A stretch of DNA of 64,000 nt from Candidatus Levyibacteriota bacterium (GTDB lineage: Bacteria > Patescibacteriota > Microgenomatia > Levybacterales > UBA12049), in NCBI GenBank assembly GCA_963722305.1, contig CAVRKE010000001.1:373549-437548 (forward strand). The letters run 5' to 3'. The notes below the pieces were generated by a model that saw only the letters and a program-made list of their open reading frames with translations, was not told the origin of the DNA and searched no databases. The first letter of the stretch is position 1, and every line of letters starts with the position of its first letter. Of this stretch, positions 9,785 through 19,477 are shown in pieces. The position numbers and the translations under genes were made by a program.

Positions 9785-10399
9785 ATGGATATTGCACGGT
9801 CACCATTAAGACCAATCAAATATTACGGAAGCGGACTTTTGCGAAATCGAAAATTCGCGGAGGCTTTCTTGGGGAGAACGTTAACCACAACCGGATCATA
9901 TATGGAGATACATCATTATCCCCACGGTTTTGTGGAAAGGTTTATTCCGAAAGACAAACTAAGCACTATTCCCGGAATCGATGAAAATGCTCAGAGGCCG
10001 CTTTGCGTCATCATTAGAACAGGCAAAGAAAGAAATTATATCAAAGTTTTGGGTCTGCATTTAACCGAAGACGAATACCGGATGGTGCAAGCCTTAAACG
10101 GAGAGCTTTTCCAGGATGTCCCCTACAAAAAAGGTGACCCAAGCCTCTTAATTTCTTTACTCAAAAAACCCTATCGTAGACTTGCCACCAGGATTAAACA
10201 CCAAGACGGCCCACATGCCCATATCTACGAACTATTGGGTATGACGGAAGAGGAAATGATTGCGTTTGGAAAAAACGCGGAGACGAGATTGCCGCCAAAC
10301 TGGGCATACTTCGCACGCATGTCGAAGGCACACCAGTTGCTTCTGAGGGCGCACAGCACCAAGGACATGGCAAAGAAAGAGGCTAACCCCCTAGCTTAA
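9785..10399 (+). CDS. hypothetical protein
   Basis: 204-aa ORF; no recognisable domain; GC higher than neighbours. Confidence 0.35.
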   Translation: MDIARSPLRPIKYYGSGLLRNRKFAEAFLGRTLTTTGSYMEIHHYPHGFVERFIPKDKLSTIPGIDENAQRPLCVIIRTGKERNYIKVLGLHLTEDEYRMVQALNGELFQDVPYKKGDPSLLISLLKKPYRRLATRIKHQDGPHAHIYELLGMTEEEMIAFGKNAETRLPPNWAYFARMSKAHQLLLRAHSTKDMAKKEANPLA

Positions 10400-12083
10400 A
10401 TACTTCTGGTCTTTTTGTTTTAAATTTTCAATATTATCCAAGTGGTTTTCCTGGATTATTTTGGCAATCTGTCTTCCGCCGGCCAGGTTTGGCAACACCA
10501 CGTAGTCCGCACCTTCTTTGTATAAAGTTTTGGCGTCACCAACCTCAAGCGCCATTACCACGATTTTTGCCCTGCGGTTTTCGTGTTTTAATTCTTTCAA
10601 AAGTAATAAGTTATCTTCCAAATCGGGAATGGTGGAAATCAACACTTTGGCTTCGTCAAGTCTTGGCCCTTTCCTGAATATCCAAATCGGCAATGTCGCC
10701 GAAAAGTTTGTGGATTTTTTTATCCTTTAATTTTTCAACCACTCTGGGGTCAAAATCGACCACCACCACTTCCATTCCCGCGTCTTCCAAAGCTTCCATA
10801 ATGCTCTCCCCCATTTGGTCGCCGCCGACAACCACCACATGATTTGACAAATTTTCCAAACCTTCCCCATCCTGGACAATTTCATCTTTTTTGACATTTT
10901 CTTTTTCCAAGAAATTAAGTTTGGGTGCCAAAATCCGGTACAGTTTTTTGGAATTAATAAGTGCGTAGGAAGAAACAAAGAAGCTGGTCAGACCAACCAA
11001 AGTAATTAGGGAAACGATTGATTTGTCAAAGGCGCCGACAGAATATCCCATGAAAACTAAAATCAAAGAGAACTCGGAAATTTGTGACAGAGAAATTCCG
11101 GTTAGAAAAGCCGTTCTCTTGCGGTAGCCCATGGCCGCCAGCACCACCATCACTAAAAATGGCTTGATTAAAATAACAAATACCGAAAATATGATGGCCG
11201 GAAGAATTATCGAGGCAATTGAGGCAAACGACATCTGGATTCCCAAAAGGACAAAGAAAATCACAATGAAAAAATCCCTTAAAATTTTAGCCTTGGCAAT
11301 AATCTGGTAATTGGCTATTGAATTGGCCAGTGCCAGCCCGGCCAAAAATCCGCCGATTTCAATCGAAAAGCCCACATACGGCGAACTGACAATTGCTGCC
11401 AAACCGAATACCCAGGCCAAACTGGCCAAAAACAGCGTTTCGGGAGACTTGGCAATCGCTTCGATGATTTTCGGGAAAACGTTTTTACTTAAGTAAATCA
11501 CCCCGCCGACCAAAATGGCGGCTTTAATAATTACCAACGCTAAATTGATGATGAATTCAAAAGTCGTGGCATTAGCCGAAAATCCGGACAGGAACATTAA
11601 AAGGCCGATGGCCACGATGTCCTGCGCCAAAAGGATACCGACGGAAAATTTGGCGTACAAAGAATGCAACTCGCGTTTGTCGGACAGGATTTTAACCACT
11701 ATGATAGTCGAGGAAAATGTCAGGGCGGTAGCCAGATAGAAACTGGTTAAAAAATTAAAGCCGAAAACCACGGAAATGGTAAAAGCCGCCAAAAATGACA
11801 GCACAATCTGGCCAAGCGCAGCAATCAACAGCGCTTTGCCGATGGAAAAAAGTTCGGAAACACGGATTTCCAAGCCGACCATGAATAGAAGCAGCGTAAC
11901 CCCAACCTGCGACATGGTCGAAAGCATGCTTTGACTCGAACTTTGGAAAAGGTGGAATGAGCCAATGATGATGCCGGTTAAAATGTAAGCTAAGATTTCC
12001 GGCTGTTTTAAAAAACGAAAGACTAAAGACAATCCCGCGGCCAGGCAGATAATTAAAGTTAAGTCGAGGAAAATATTCTCCAC
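10391..12083 (-). CDS. CPA2 family K+/H+ antiporter with C-terminal TrkA-N (RCK) domain, split into two overlapping ORFs (10656..12083 and 10391..10693)
   Basis: Na+/H+ exchanger TM domain followed by NAD-binding motif VVVVGGDQMGESI...GDIAD. The TrkA-N domain continues (LDEAKVLISTIPDLEDN) in another frame. Confidence 0.75.
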
Positions 12084-12114
12084 AATTATTTATACTATGG
12101 ATTTAAGCTTTGCG

Positions 12115-13062
12115 TCAATTGACTTCCATTATTTCTTCTTCCAATTCAAGGCCGTATTTTTGTTTAACTTCGTTTTTGACGATTGCAATTAGGTCTTTAA
12201 CATTGTCAGCAGTGGCGTTACCCAAATTGACAATAAAGTTGGTGTGCTTGTCCGAAACGGCTGCACCGCCCACCTTTCTGCCTTTCAGCCCGGCGAGGAA
12301 AATTAATTTCCCGGCCGGCACCACCGGAATCGGGTCCTTTTTGACATACTGCAAGAGCTCGTCCCGATATTCTGCCGGCACATTTTCCAAGGGCACGTTT
12401 TTAAAAACACTGCCGGCATTGGGGTTATCCAGCGGGTGCTTAGTCTGACGAAATTCGATTTTCTCCCGAATTTGTTTTGCTATTTCCTCTCTATCGCCTT
12501 TTTTGAGCACAAAGTCTGCGGAAATAATCACTTCGTTTAAAGCTTTGGTTTTAAAAATGCTGCTTCGGTAAGAAAAATCGCACTCTTCCCTGCTTTTTTG
12601 GTTAATCCCAAAATTGTCAAGGTTTAGACTTTCAACCCGTAGGAGATTATCATTGGTTTCTCCGCCAAAAGCTCCGGCATTACCCCGAATTGCGCCCCCG
12701 ACGGTACCGGGCATTCCGCCTGCCCATTCAAACCCGGACAAGGCATGGGCAATACAGAAATCCGTTAAGGCTGAGATTAAAGTCCCGGCGCCAACGGAAA
12801 GCGTTTGGCCGGAAAAAGAAATTGCGTCTAAAAAAATTTTGATGACCAAACCCGGGAAGCCTTGGTCGGAAAATAAGATATTGGTCCCTCCGCCCAAAAC
12901 AAAAACTTTTTTTTGCTCTGCTCTTAAGTCTTTGGAAACCACGCGCCATTCTTTTAACCCCTCCACCAATTCTTCCTTTGTTTTAGCTTCCAAAAAATAA
13001 GCTGCCGGCCCGCCGATTTTATAATTTGAAAAATCTTTCAGTGAAACGTTTTGCCTAAGCAT
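12115..13062 (-). CDS. murB: UDP-N-acetylenolpyruvoylglucosamine reductase
   Basis: FAD-binding N-terminus FSNYKIGGPAAYF and MurB C-terminal domain. Confidence 0.85.
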   Translation of the reverse strand: MLRQNVSLKDFSNYKIGGPAAYFLEAKTKEELVEGLKEWRVVSKDLRAEQKKVFVLGGGTNILFSDQGFPGLVIKIFLDAISFSGQTLSVGAGTLISALTDFCIAHALSGFEWAGGMPGTVGGAIRGNAGAFGGETNDNLLRVESLNLDNFGINQKSREECDFSYRSSIFKTKALNEVIISADFVLKKGDREEIAKQIREKIEFRQTKHPLDNPNAGSVFKNVPLENVPAEYRDELLQYVKKDPIPVVPAGKLIFLAGLKGRKVGGAAVSDKHTNFIVNLGNATADNVKDLIAIVKNEVKQKYGLELEEEIMEVN

Positions 13063-13086
13063 AAATTGATTCTATCACAATATTAA

Positions 13087-13123
13087 TTGAAAATTGAGAA
13101 TTGAGAATTGAGAATTGAGAATT
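13087..13123. repeat. heptanucleotide tandem repeat (TTGARAA)x5, intergenic between murB and htrA
   Basis: ttgaaaa ttgagaa ttgagaa ttgagaa ttgagaa read directly. Confidence 0.8.
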
Positions 13124-13136
13124 ACCACTTGTGGAT

Positions 13137-14288
13137 TTATTGGTTTGGGGCTACGTCCAGAGTGGCTGTCAAATCCACAGTTTTTCCGTCCCGCCAAACA
13201 GTAATTGGCACGCTGTCTCCGGCTTTCTTGCCGGCAATGAGTGTAGATAGCTCCGTGTTTGCATTAACAGTCTTCCCGTCAAACTTAATGATAATGTCCC
13301 CCTGTTTAATTCCCGCTTTATCTGCCGGAGAACCGGCAACAACATCCTGAACGTATGCCCCCTGGACAACGTTGTTAAAAAGCGCCACTTCTTGGGAAAT
13401 CATGTTGTAAGCAACACCTAAGTATGGCCGGTTAAATTGTCCGGTTTGATTAAAGGTATCTATTGATTGTTTGAGAATACTGATTGGCAAAGCAAAGCCA
13501 ATATTTTGCCCGTTCTGCGAAACTGCCGTATTGATGGCGATGACCTGCCCCGAGGAATTAACTAGCGGTCCGCCGGAATTTCCGGGATTAATAGCCGCAT
13601 CCGTTTGGATTACATTGTCAAGGTTTTCGATATATCCCTGAAACTCGTCTCCGGCCGTAATCGAACGGCCCAAGCCCGAAATCACGCCGGTTGTAACGGT
13701 ATTGTTAAACTGACCAAGCGCCGTACCAATGGCCACTACAAACTGTCCAACCTGCAAATGGGTGGAATCGCCAAGCGTTACCGGCTTTAAAGTATTGCCA
13801 AGATTTTGTGTCGGATCAATTTTAAGTAGCGCAATATCGTTTAGGGGGTCGCGGTAAATCCTTTGCACCGTGTAGGTTTTATTGTTGCTGGTCACTACCT
13901 GATAGGTGGCCGTATCCGAAACGACGTGTTTGTTGGTGGCGATAATTCCGTCGGCTGAAACTACAAATCCCGAACCGATTGCCTGGGCCTGTTGTTGGGG
14001 CTGACTTTGCTGGGGCAACCCGAAAATCTGGAACGGGCCAATATTAAAAGTCTGACTTTGGTTGGGGGCTGCCTGTTCAACCACGGTTACCACCGACGGC
14101 CCGACACTCTTTACCACATTGATGGTCACGGATTCTTCCGTAACCACCTGAACTTTTTCCTGCGGCTGTAATAAAGTCGAATTTGAGAGTTTAAACTTTG
14201 ACGCAATTCCCGGAAAAAGCGCAAAAATTTCTACCCAAACAGCCAGAAAAACTATTAAAGCGGCTAAAACCAGTACTAATCTTCTCAT
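13137..14288 (-). CDS. HtrA/DegP family serine protease with PDZ domain
   Basis: Trypsin-like catalytic motifs (TNKHVV, GNSGGPLVN) and C-terminal PDZ (GDIIIKFDGKTV). Confidence 0.85.
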   Translation of the reverse strand: MRRLVLVLAALIVFLAVWVEIFALFPGIASKFKLSNSTLLQPQEKVQVVTEESVTINVVKSVGPSVVTVVEQAAPNQSQTFNIGPFQIFGLPQQSQPQQQAQAIGSGFVVSADGIIATNKHVVSDTATYQVVTSNNKTYTVQRIYRDPLNDIALLKIDPTQNLGNTLKPVTLGDSTHLQVGQFVVAIGTALGQFNNTVTTGVISGLGRSITAGDEFQGYIENLDNVIQTDAAINPGNSGGPLVNSSGQVIAINTAVSQNGQNIGFALPISILKQSIDTFNQTGQFNRPYLGVAYNMISQEVALFNNVVQGAYVQDVVAGSPADKAGIKQGDIIIKFDGKTVNANTELSTLIAGKKAGDSVPITVWRDGKTVDLTATLDVAPNQ

Positions 14289-14295
14289 GGCGTTA

Positions 14296-15584
14296 TTATT
14301 TTAACAATTCGAATACTGCTTTTTCAAGTTGGGTATCAGTGCTTGGATCTTTCGGATCTAAGGAAACCACGACATCGGGCGTCAATCCTTTTCCATGCAC
14401 CCAGGTCCCGTTTGGCGTTAACCATTTGGCGATTGTCACATGCAACCCTGCCCCGTCACCCATATCTTCTGCTTCCTGAACCGTTCCTTTCCCGAATGAT
14501 TTTTCGCCAACCAAAATTGCCCGTTTATGATCCCTTAAAGCCCCCGAAACAATTTCGCTGGCCGAGGCACTTCCTCCGTTAATTAAAACGACCACTTTAA
14601 TGTTGGGATTGGTTAATAAACCTTGCCTTTGCACATCCAATTCCGATTGGCTTGTACCGGTATCTTCGGAAACCACCTTCGTTCCCATTGGTAAAAATTC
14701 GGAAGCAATAAATTGCGCGTCGGTTAAATATCCGCCCGGATTATTTCTTAAATCAAGCACCACACCTTTAATGCTTTTGTCCGTGTTGATTTGCTGGCTG
14801 ATACCTTTAATCATGCTTTCCCAATCCTGATTAGTGTTATCGCCAAACTCCGAAAGCCTAAGGTAGGCATATTTAACACAGTCGGAAGATGTACATGGGT
14901 CGCCTTTGGCAATAAGCGAACAGCTTGAACCCGTACACTTGGCGCTTAAAACATTCATCGCCACACTTTTGACGGTAATGACGTCTCTGGTAATCTTTAA
15001 GTCTGCCTGTTTTTTATTATCTTTATGAATAACCGTCAAAGTCACCGTTGTCCCTTTTGGTCCCCTAATCAAATTAACCGCTTTTGAAAATCCCAGCCAA
15101 TCGTTGATTGTCCGTCGACTTTAATAATAACATCTCCGGCTTTGATGCCGGCTTTTTCTGCCGGACTGCCATCCAAAGGAGCAATCACAATAATATTGTT
15201 ATTTTGCGTGGTCAGTTCCGCACCGATTCCGGTGAATTCTCCGGCCAGATTCTGCTTAAAATTGGTGTTTTGAACCGGCGGAAGATACATCGTAAATGGG
15301 TCGCCTAAAGCACTAACCATTCCCGTAATTGCCCCGTTTAACATTTGTTGCTGGTTTAGTTTGGTTTTATCATAGTAATCTGTGGCTAGCCTTTGCCAAA
15401 CAGCCCAGAAAGGATTAAAGTCAATATTGATTAGGCCGGTCGGCGGTTCTTTATTGACAACGTTTAGAACCGGCTTATAGTTTTGCCAATCGAGCGTTAC
15501 TTTGTTTACCCCGAAATAATATCCGCCCAAAAAGGCAACTACGATAACTATTAGTATCTGCAGAGTCCTGACTCTTATTTTCAT
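14296..15584 (-). CDS. carboxyl-terminal processing protease (S41, Ctp), split into two ORFs (15069..15584 and 14296..15072) by a frame change near 15100
   Basis: The upstream ORF has a TM helix plus a PDZ domain (GDVIIKVDGQSTIGW). The downstream ORF has the S41 catalytic core (LRNNPGGYL, GGSASASEIVSGAL, KSFGKGTVQ). Its frame upstream of 15072 reads NDWLGFSKAVNLIRGPKGTTVTL. Confidence 0.8.
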
Positions 15585-16337
15585 AAAATGATTATACTCT
15601 TATCCTTTCCCCCTAAATAGACTTTTTTACCGTTGAGCTTTATTAGTTTTCCAAAATCTTCCTCAGCAACAATCATGATTGGTACCTTAACTTGTTTTTG
15701 TGAAAGGTCGACAAAATCAATATCCGCAAACTTTTTGGCGACAATTCCGTTTGCGTCCAAACCGATAGTCTTTAAACAGCGACACCCTGTCAACCTCTCC
15801 GCTTAAAATTATTTTACCGGCGATTTCCCTTCCTAAGCTTGACTCCTCAAGGACTGCAAAGTAACGGATTTCACCTTGGGCTCCCTCCCCCGAGCCGTCA
15901 AGGGCCAGAATTACATCCTTATCGGTTTTAATAACAATCTTCTCATTATTACAAAAATCTACCGTTCCGGCAACTGGTGAATTAATGGTCTTTAGGCTAA
16001 CCGCTTTTTCACTCCCCCGGATAACAACTTCTCCGCTAGCCGTATTTATTTTGACTATTGTTCCTGAAAATTCGCTGATAATCTTTTTAGTCCCTTTGCC
16101 AAACGCGCCGCTTTTTTCCGCCAAAATTTCATCTTTGGCAATTGCATCACCTAAGTGTTTTTGGAGAAACTTACCGATTTGTGGCGCCTCAATGCCTAAA
16201 ATTTGGGAAACTTGGACGGTTTTCTCCGAAAGGTCCTGTTTTTCGGCAATTGCGACAGCGTCCCCTGCCGTAATTTTATCGTTAACAGCAACTTTTGAAA
16301 CAAAGCCTTCTGGAAGAAGAATAGGCAGTAAAGTCAT
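15581..16337 (-). CDS. hypothetical protein, probably one gene split into ORFs 15717..16337 and 15581..15793
   Basis: 77-nt overlap in different frames; both parts look protein-like; barrel-hybrid-like N-terminus; no family assigned. Confidence 0.3.
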
Positions 16338-16350
16338 TTTTATAATAACG

Positions 16351-16599
16351 TTAAACCTTAACTATAAATGGCAGGAGCGCCAAGTGCCTCGCTTGTTTTA
16401 TCGAAAGTGTAATCCTTTTTTGATGTTTGGCGCAAAGCCCTGACCTTAAGCTTGGCACAATTTTGGCTCTTTCCGTAATAAAGCGGTTTAGTGTAGCCAC
16501 ATCGGAAAAGACCGGCTCTTTTTTCTCGGCACAAAAATAGCACTTCTTCGGTGCGTTGCTTTTTTGGACTTTTCGGATAATTCTCTTTTTTTTAGGCAT
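16351..16599 (-). CDS. rpsR: 30S ribosomal protein S18
   Basis: CYFCAEKK...RFITERAKI...GLCAKHQKRITLSIKQARHLALLP matches S18. Confidence 0.9.
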   Translation of the reverse strand: MPKKKRIIRKVQKSNAPKKCYFCAEKKEPVFSDVATLNRFITERAKIVPSLRSGLCAKHQKRITLSIKQARHLALLPFIVKV

Positions 16600-16636
16600 T
16601 TCTAATAATTATTAATTGTCAATTTTCAATTCTAAA

Positions 16637-17149
16637 TTAAAATGGGATATCATCCGGAGCTACTTCGTCCTCCTTCGGTGATTCTTGAACTTCTTCTTCG
16701 GGTTCCGTTTTTTTGGCTGCTTTTGTTTTGGCACCACCTGCGGCTGCTTTTGGCGCTTCGTGAACCTCCTCCATTGGCTCCTCTTCGGCTGCTACTACTT
16801 CCGACTCGCTGGTGCGTCTTGAATCAAGCAAAATCATGTCGTTGATAATCACTTCTGTGGTCTGCTTTTGCGTGCCGTCCTGCGCTTGCCAGGAGCGGGT
16901 TGTCAGTCTTCCCTCAACGTAGACTTTTCTGCCTTTGGTTAAAAACTGCGAGCAAAGTTCGGCCAGTTTATTCCAGGCGACAATGCGGTGGAAATCGGCT
17001 TCCTCTTTTTTCTCGCCGGTATCGGTCGTCCAACTCCTGTTAGTAGCAATACTAAACGAACAAACCGCGGTGCCGCTGGGAGTGTAGCGCAGCTCCGGGT
17101 CGCGGGTTAAATTGCCGATTAATTGCACTTTGTTTAAACTTCTTGCCAT
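16637..17149 (-). CDS. ssb: single-stranded DNA-binding protein
   Basis: OB-fold SSB N-terminus and acidic C-terminal tail ending DDIPF. Confidence 0.9.
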   Translation of the reverse strand: MARSLNKVQLIGNLTRDPELRYTPSGTAVCSFSIATNRSWTTDTGEKKEEADFHRIVAWNKLAELCSQFLTKGRKVYVEGRLTTRSWQAQDGTQKQTTEVIINDMILLDSRRTSESEVVAAEEEPMEEVHEAPKAAAGGAKTKAAKKTEPEEEVQESPKEDEVAPDDIPF

Positions 17150-17186
17150 ACCTTATTAATTTAAATTAAAAATTTGAAATTTGAAA

Positions 17187-17465
17187 TTACTTTTGCCTTA
17201 GCAAAAGGTGTCTAAGCACATTATCGCTCGCGATAATCTTTTTTTCAAGCTCTTTGACCAAATCCTGTTTTGTTTCAAAAACGAAGTTTTGGAAAAAGCC
17301 TTTGTCTTCTCTTTTGATAGCATAAGCCAGGACTTTTTCACCCCATTCCTCTTCTTTGCTGAATTTGGCGTCTTTAAGCCAAGTTTTAACTGTTTCCAGG
17401 AATTTTTTTCGGTTCGCTTCGGACAAAGATGTTTTCAGAACTAAAACCAATTGATAACTTCTCAT
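17187..17465 (-). CDS. rpsF: 30S ribosomal protein S6
   Basis: MRSYQLVLVL...LAYAIKRE... matches S6; forms classic rpsF-ssb-rpsR operon. Confidence 0.85.
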   Translation of the reverse strand: MRSYQLVLVLKTSLSEANRKKFLETVKTWLKDAKFSKEEEWGEKVLAYAIKREDKGFFQNFVFETKQDLVKELEKKIIASDNVLRHLLLRQK

Positions 17466-17495
17466 TAGGCTTTAATTTTACTATAGTAGCTTATT

Positions 17496-18101
17496 TTAAG
17501 CAAGCCCTGATCTACCTTTATGGTGCAATCTTGAAAAAGTGCTGTTATCTGTCTCCCAATGGCCAAGTTGTAATCTTGTGTCAATCGATTTGGGTCTACT
17601 ATCAATCGAAATAGCTTCAGGAATACGGCTATCTCTATTAACCCTTCTTCCCAGCTTTTTCATTCTTTTCTTGCGTTTTACTGTTAGATATTGCCAGAGC
17701 TTAAATTGCTTGTTCTGTGGTTTGTAGATTGCCTGATAAATAGTTTCATGGACAATTGAAAGATCGGGATGATCTTTTGACAATCTTCCGGCAATTGTTT
17801 CAGGAGACCACTGTTTCTCTATTAGTTTCTTTTTAACATAAGAGTAGACCTCCGGTCCTTTCCAGGATGCTTGAGAGCGTTGAATAGCTGCTCTCTTATC
17901 AGCTTTTTGTTGTGCACGGCAGGGAATATATACGGCTGAAGTTTTCTCCAATCCCTTGGTATATGTTCTGTTTCTTTTGAGTTCACGAGACAGAGTGCCT
18001 TTGTTTCGTCCTAATTTATCTGCAATATCTCCCAGACTTAGTCCTGCATGCTTAAGCGCATAAAGCTCTTCCCGCTCTACAAGAGTTAAATGATTATACA
18101 T
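17496..18101 (-). mobile_element. IS30-family transposase, N-terminal 201 aa only (HTH and linker present, DDE catalytic domain missing)
   Basis: LTLVEREELYALKHAGLSLGDIADKLGRNKGTLSRELKRN (IS30 HTH), WSPETIAGRL, HETIYQAIY and GHWETD motifs. ORF ends 30 nt from the rpsF start, so the element is 3'-truncated. Confidence 0.7.
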
Positions 18102-18378
18102 AGCGCAACACCTCCTTTCGGTAATTGATTTTACCTCAAGTGTTGCACTTCGTTTTAGAACCTACCGAAGCTTACAAAACGGCGCGGGGAGTTAGCAAGA
18201 TTTTCTTCTGAGCGGAAGGAGGTAACTCACTTGAAGATGAATCGAAAATCGTCAAAAGCAAACAATGTTTTAGGTAAAATTTGAAAAAAGATTTTCGTTT
18301 AGCAAGCGAAATAACCTTAAATATTGTAAAAATTAAGCGAGCGTCATCTGCAACGTGTGGTTACCGACTGAAGCAAAT

Positions 18379-19446
18379 TTATGCCCCTATTTTGAACTCG
18401 ATGACATCACCATCAATAACAATATAATCTTTTCCCTCCAAAAGCGCCTTGCCGTGTTCACGTGAACCTTTCCACCCACCATTCTGCATAAAATCTTGAA
18501 AGTGAACTACCTCCGCCTTAATAAATTTCAGCATAAAGTCCGTGTGGATTACGCCGGCCGCGTTAAGAGCATTCGTTCCTTTGGTAATGGTCCAGGCCCG
18601 CACTTCTTTCTCCCCACAGGTAAGATAAGAGACCAAATTGAGTATCTTATAGCCTTCTTTAATGACTTTTTCCAAGCCCGATTCTTCAACACCGAGCTCT
18701 TTGAGATAGTCTTTTTGTTCATCGGCAGTCAGTTCCGAAAGTTCACTTTCTGTCTTGGCGCACACGGCAATTGTGTCTGCCGGAAATTCTTTTTTGAGAT
18801 CTGATTCGTCAACGTTAGCAATCGTAAACATTGGTTTCATTGTCAGGAGTTGCAAACTTTTGGCTTCCCTGGCTTCTTCTTCGGATAATTGAACCAAACT
18901 TGCGAGTTTGCCTTCGTTTAAGGCAACAATGAATTTTTGGATTGCCGACCATCTATAACCTTCTTCTTTACTCGAATTACGTTTTGGTTCTGATTGCTTA
19001 TTGAGCGTTTCCAAATCCGCCAGAATTAATTCTGTATTGACTACTTCGTAGTCTGCCTGAGGTGTAGTTGAACTTTTCTCGCGGATGACGTTTGAGTCTT
19101 TAAAGTATCTCACGACTTGCGCGATTGCGTCGCATTCGCGGATATGAGACAAGAATTTATTTCCCAAACCTTCGCCCTGCGCCGCGCCTTTGACTAGTCC
19201 CGCAATGTCCACGAATGAGACAGTTGCAGGAATTATCGGAGGAACCTGCGGCATCTTGTGTTCAGTTTGAGTGATTTCGGCAAGCTTTTTTAAACGCTCA
19301 TCGGGAACCGGAACCACGCCGATGTTTGGTTCAATAGTGGCAAAAGGATAATTTGCCACAAACGCCGTCTGCTTTTTCAAAAGCGCATTAAACAAGGTGC
19401 TTTTGCCAACATTAGGAAGTCCGACAATTCCGATTGATAATGACAT
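18379..19446 (-). CDS. ychF: ribosome-binding ATPase YchF (Obg-family GTPase)
   Basis: IGIVGLPNVGKSTLFNAL P-loop, YchF-specific middle domain and C-terminal TGS domain. Confidence 0.9.
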   Translation of the reverse strand: MSLSIGIVGLPNVGKSTLFNALLKKQTAFVANYPFATIEPNIGVVPVPDERLKKLAEITQTEHKMPQVPPIIPATVSFVDIAGLVKGAAQGEGLGNKFLSHIRECDAIAQVVRYFKDSNVIREKSSTTPQADYEVVNTELILADLETLNKQSEPKRNSSKEEGYRWSAIQKFIVALNEGKLASLVQLSEEEAREAKSLQLLTMKPMFTIANVDESDLKKEFPADTIAVCAKTESELSELTADEQKDYLKELGVEESGLEKVIKEGYKILNLVSYLTCGEKEVRAWTITKGTNALNAAGVIHTDFMLKFIKAEVVHFQDFMQNGGWKGSREHGKALLEGKDYIVIDGDVIEFKIGA

Positions 19447-19477
19447 AAGAGGATTATAGCAGAAGTGAATTTACAAT

